From the NCBI GenBank assembly GCA_044222065.1, contig JBGAOA010000075.1, forward strand, positions 1 to 19,155: a DNA stretch of 19,155 bases, in the 5' to 3' direction. Positions 16,165 through 19,155 of this stretch are shown here, one piece after another. The notes beneath the pieces were generated by a model, which searched no databases, was not told the origin of the DNA, and saw nothing but the letters and a program-made list of their open reading frames with translations. Positions within the stretch are counted from its first letter, which is position 1; the number at the start of each line of letters is the position of its first letter. The position numbers and the translations under genes were made by a program. The DNA is from Candidatus Eiseniibacteriota bacterium (lineage in GTDB: Bacteria; Eisenbacteria; RBG-16-71-46).

Positions 16165-18390
16165 GTGCACCGCCGACTCCGCTCCGCCTCCTTCGCCGCC
16201 TCTTTGCTCGTGCTGGCGCTCGCCACTGCGTTCCTTTCCGCGGCGGCGGATCCCGGCGCCGACCTCGCCCGCGGGCTCGCGCCGCTCGAACCGTGGGCGG
16301 CGAGCGGCGTGCTGTACGACCGCGTGCTGCCGCTCGCGCGACTCGAGCGCTTCGACGGTTCCGCGGGCGCGCCGGCGTGCGACCGCGCGACGTGGCGGCA
16401 GGCGTACGACGAACTGCGGCGCGCGACGTTCCCGACCTCCACGGCGCCCGCGGCTGAAGCGCTCGATCGCGCGGCGCGCGCGCTCGCGCGCGAACGCGTC
16501 GTGCCGCTCGCGCTCATCGACCGCGGGTTCGAGCGCATCCGTCCGGGAGCGATCGCGGACGGCGCCGTGACGATCGCGGGCGACCGCGCCGTCGCGACGG
16601 GCGAAGCCCCGCTCGAGCGCAGGCAGGCGACGCTCGCCGCGGCGTTCGCGCCGCGCACGTATCGGGGCGGCGAGGTGACGTTCGCGCTCGAACGTTCGCT
16701 GTGCATCACCGACGATCCGCTCGGTCCGCGCTCGATCGCGATCGACTTCGCCGACGGCGCGGGTTATCGGCCGGTCGCGCCCGGCGAGCGCGTCCGCGTG
16801 CGCTACGCCACGCCCGGGCCGCGAACGATCGCCTTCCGGCTCGCCCGCTCGGACGGTTCGGTCGCCGAAGCGCACGCCGCGTTCGACGTCGTGACGCTCG
16901 CGGCGCCGCTTCCGAACGACACGCTGCACGTCACGGCAAGCGTCGCGTACCAGGGTCAGTTCGGCGCCGGCGACGCCTACGTGTACCTCGCGCCCGGACA
17001 CGCCTCGGTCGTCAACCCCGTCGTCGTGGCCGAGGGATTCGACCTCGACAACAGCATGGACTGGGACGAGCTGTACGCGCTCTTGAACGGGCAGGGCCTG
17101 CTCGAATCGCTGCGCGCCGACGGCTTCGACGCGATCGTGCTCAACTTCACGGACTCGACGAACCCGATCGAGACGAACGGCCTCGTGGTCGCCGAACTCC
17201 TGCAGCAGGTGGGCGCGACGATCGCGCCGTCGAGCACGATCGCGCTCGTCGGCGCGAGCATGGGCGGACTGTGCTCGCGCTACGCGCTGCTGTGGCTCGA
17301 GTCGCACGCGATCCCGCACCGCGTGCGCACGTGGGTTTCGTTCGACTCGCCACAGAAGGGCGCGAACATCCCGCTCGGACTCCAGTACTGGATCAACTTC
17401 TTCTCGGGGCAGTCCACGAGTGCGGCCGCGTTCCTCGCGGCGCTCCAGCGCCCGGCCTCGCGCGAGATGCTGCTCTACCACTTCACGACGCCGGCCGGCA
17501 CGACCGGCCGCGCCGACGCGCTGTTCGACACGCTGCAGGCGCACTTCGCCGCACTCGGCGGCTGGCCGCAGTTCTCGCGCCGGGTCGCGATCGCGAACGG
17601 CAGCGGCGACCGCGACGACCAGGGCTTCGCGCCCGGCGCGCAGGTGATCCAGTACGCCTACAGCGACCTGCTCGTCGCGCTCCGCGGGCACGTTTGGGCG
17701 GTGCCGAACGGCACAGGCACGAAGATCTTCGACGGCAGCCTGCGCATCCTGTTCTCGACCACGAGCCAGGCGGTCACGGTGTCGGGCACGCTGCCGTGGG
17801 ACGGCGCGCCGGGCGGCTCGCGCGCCTCGTTCACGCAACTCGACACGACGGCCGCGCCGTACGGCGACATCGTCGCGCTCCATCCGTCGCACGCGTTCAT
17901 CCCGACCGTGAGCGCGCTCGCGCTCGCGACGAGCGATCCGTTCTTCGACGTGGCGGGCGCGCCGAACCTCGCGGCGCTCACGCCGTTCGACGCGGTGTAC
18001 TTCCCGCTCGCGAACGAGGAGCACGTGCAGCTCACGCCCGCGAATGCGGCGTGGGTGCGGAACGAGATCGAGCAGGGCGTGGTCGGCGTGGCGGACGGCG
18101 CGCCCGCGCCCGCGTCGCTGCGGCTCTCGGCCGTCGTTCCGAATCCGTTCCGCGCCTCGGCTCGGCTCGCGTTCACGCTGCCGCGCGCGGGCGCGGCGCG
18201 GCTTTCGATCTACGACCTCGCCGGGCGCGAAGTGCGGCGCCTCGCGGACGGCCGCGTCGATGCCGGCGCGCACGAGGCGGGCTGGGACGGCCGCGACGCG
18301 CGCGGCGCGCGCGTCCCCGCGGGGCTCTACTTCGCGCGCCTCGACGACGGCGAGACGGTGACTTCGGCGAGGCTCGTCCGGCTCGACTGA
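16165..18390 (+). CDS. Secreted alpha/beta hydrolase (lipase/esterase, PGAP1/DUF676-like core) with FlgD-Ig/T9SS-like CTD (741 aa)
   Basis: GGAGG SD and GTG at 16165. Signal peptide ..SFAASLLVLALATAFLSAAA. Motifs VVVAEGFD, nucleophile elbow GASMGG (from 17251) and SFDSPQKGANIP, with candidate Asp in WDGAPGG and His in NEEHV. CTD VPNPF..WDGRD..GLYF. Confidence 0.9.
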   Translation: MHRRLRSASFAASLLVLALATAFLSAAADPGADLARGLAPLEPWAASGVLYDRVLPLARLERFDGSAGAPACDRATWRQAYDELRRATFPTSTAPAAEALDRAARALARERVVPLALIDRGFERIRPGAIADGAVTIAGDRAVATGEAPLERRQATLAAAFAPRTYRGGEVTFALERSLCITDDPLGPRSIAIDFADGAGYRPVAPGERVRVRYATPGPRTIAFRLARSDGSVAEAHAAFDVVTLAAPLPNDTLHVTASVAYQGQFGAGDAYVYLAPGHASVVNPVVVAEGFDLDNSMDWDELYALLNGQGLLESLRADGFDAIVLNFTDSTNPIETNGLVVAELLQQVGATIAPSSTIALVGASMGGLCSRYALLWLESHAIPHRVRTWVSFDSPQKGANIPLGLQYWINFFSGQSTSAAAFLAALQRPASREMLLYHFTTPAGTTGRADALFDTLQAHFAALGGWPQFSRRVAIANGSGDRDDQGFAPGAQVIQYAYSDLLVALRGHVWAVPNGTGTKIFDGSLRILFSTTSQAVTVSGTLPWDGAPGGSRASFTQLDTTAAPYGDIVALHPSHAFIPTVSALALATSDPFFDVAGAPNLAALTPFDAVYFPLANEEHVQLTPANAAWVRNEIEQGVVGVADGAPAPASLRLSAVVPNPFRASARLAFTLPRAGAARLSIYDLAGREVRRLADGRVDAGAHEAGWDGRDARGARVPAGLYFARLDDGETVTSARLVRLD

Positions 18391-18393
18391 GGC

Positions 18394-18414
18394 GCGCTGG
18401 CGCTTCGCCGGCGT
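18394..18414. terminator. Short GC hairpin between the convergent hydrolase and TPR genes
   Basis: GCGCTGGCG-CTT-CGCCGGCGT with two G-U pairs on the + strand. Confidence 0.3.
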
Positions 18415-18444
18415 ACGAGCGCAACGCGCCGGATCTCGCGCGCG

Positions 18445-19155
18445 CTAGTTCGCGCGGAACGCGTCGAGGATCGCGCGCTCGGCCGCCGGCAGCGCGTGCG
18501 CCTGCTCCCAGGTCGAGAGCTTCGCGCGATAGACCCACGACGGCGCCGCATTCGACGTGCGCCGGGAATCGACCGGGGCCCACGCGGCCCTGGCGGCGGC
18601 GGTGCGTCCCGCCTTCGCTTCCACCGCGCCGCGCACGATCGCGGCGAGGTCGCACCACGGCCCCCACACGCTCGCGCGATCCGCCGCGGCACGCGCCGCG
18701 GCGAGGTCGCCCGCGGCGAGCGCGGCCCACGCGCGCAGCGCTTCGGCCGTCGGATTCTCCTCGTCGAGCAGCTTCGCTTCGTCGAGCTGGGCGCGCGCCT
18801 CGGCGACGCGCCCCGCGCGCAGCAGGTCGCGCGCGAACTCGCAGCGCAGCCCGGCGACGCCGGTGCGCTCGCGCACCGCCCGGTCGTAGAGCGTGAACGC
18901 CTCGTCGTCGCGGCCCGCGAGCGCGAGCGCCGCCGCGCGGCCCTGCATGCCCTCGGGGTTGTCCGACTGGTAGGCGAGCACCGAGTCGAACGCCGCGAGC
19001 GCCACGACGGCGTCGCCGTCCACCCCCGCGAGCCGGCCGTGTTCGAGATCCACGAGGTAGCGGTCCTCGGCGCGCACGCTCGCGCGCGCGGCGGACAGCG
19101 CCGTGCGCGCCGCGGCCGTGCCGCGGCCCGCGTGCCACGCGGCCTCCGCGAGCGT
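18445..19155 (-). CDS. Tetratricopeptide-repeat protein, 5'-truncated by the window edge
   Basis: The frame is open to the window end. Ala-rich helical repeats (ALAAFDSVLAYQSDNPEG, AGRDDEAFTLYDRA, AGRVAEARAQLDEAKLLDEENP). Stop TAG at 18445-18447. Confidence 0.8.
   Translation of the reverse strand, partial: TLAEAAWHAGRGTAAARTALSAARASVRAEDRYLVDLEHGRLAGVDGDAVVALAAFDSVLAYQSDNPEGMQGRAAALALAGRDDEAFTLYDRAVRERTGVAGLRCEFARDLLRAGRVAEARAQLDEAKLLDEENPTAEALRAWAALAAGDLAAARAAADRASVWGPWCDLAAIVRGAVEAKAGRTAAARAAWAPVDSRRTSNAAPSWVYRAKLSTWEQAHALPAAERAILDAFRAN

Noticed and set aside
2483..18896. Many long Arg/Ala-rich alternative-frame ORFs (e.g. 2483..4132, 3090..4946, 6055..8439, 8526..11108, 10935..12806, 16111..18273, 16701..18896)
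   Set aside because: Stop codons are scarce in high-GC off-frames. These ORFs show no motifs and overlap well-supported genes.

Overview
GC-rich bacterial DNA with 13 protein-coding genes, two of them cut by the window edges. I found no rRNA, tRNA, CRISPR array or mobile element. Most of the window encodes secreted proteins. Six unrelated genes have an N-terminal signal peptide and an ~80-100 aa C-terminal T9SS type-A/FlgD-Ig-like sorting domain (PNP..F/L.D..GR..G.Y). They encode a DUF5650-like repeat protein, a DGxGG-repeat propeller-like protein, an LTD/endonuclease I nuclease, a GxSxG alpha/beta hydrolase and two unknown proteins. A seventh gene ends in a short TWGKLKTLYR tail. This mix suggests a high-GC FCB-group organism such as Ca. 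Eisenbacteria (inference). The other genes encode a POT-like MFS transporter, a MASE1-PAS hybrid histidine kinase, a translationally coupled padR / membrane protein / SRPBCC operon and a TPR protein. The main observations are: (1) an in-frame TGA at a Gly-equivalent position separates the signal peptide from the rest of the 1128-codon repeat protein; (2) two or three classes of C-terminal sorting tag share a V-x-V junction; (3) a perfect palindromic operator overlaps the -10 box of an apparently leaderless padR.
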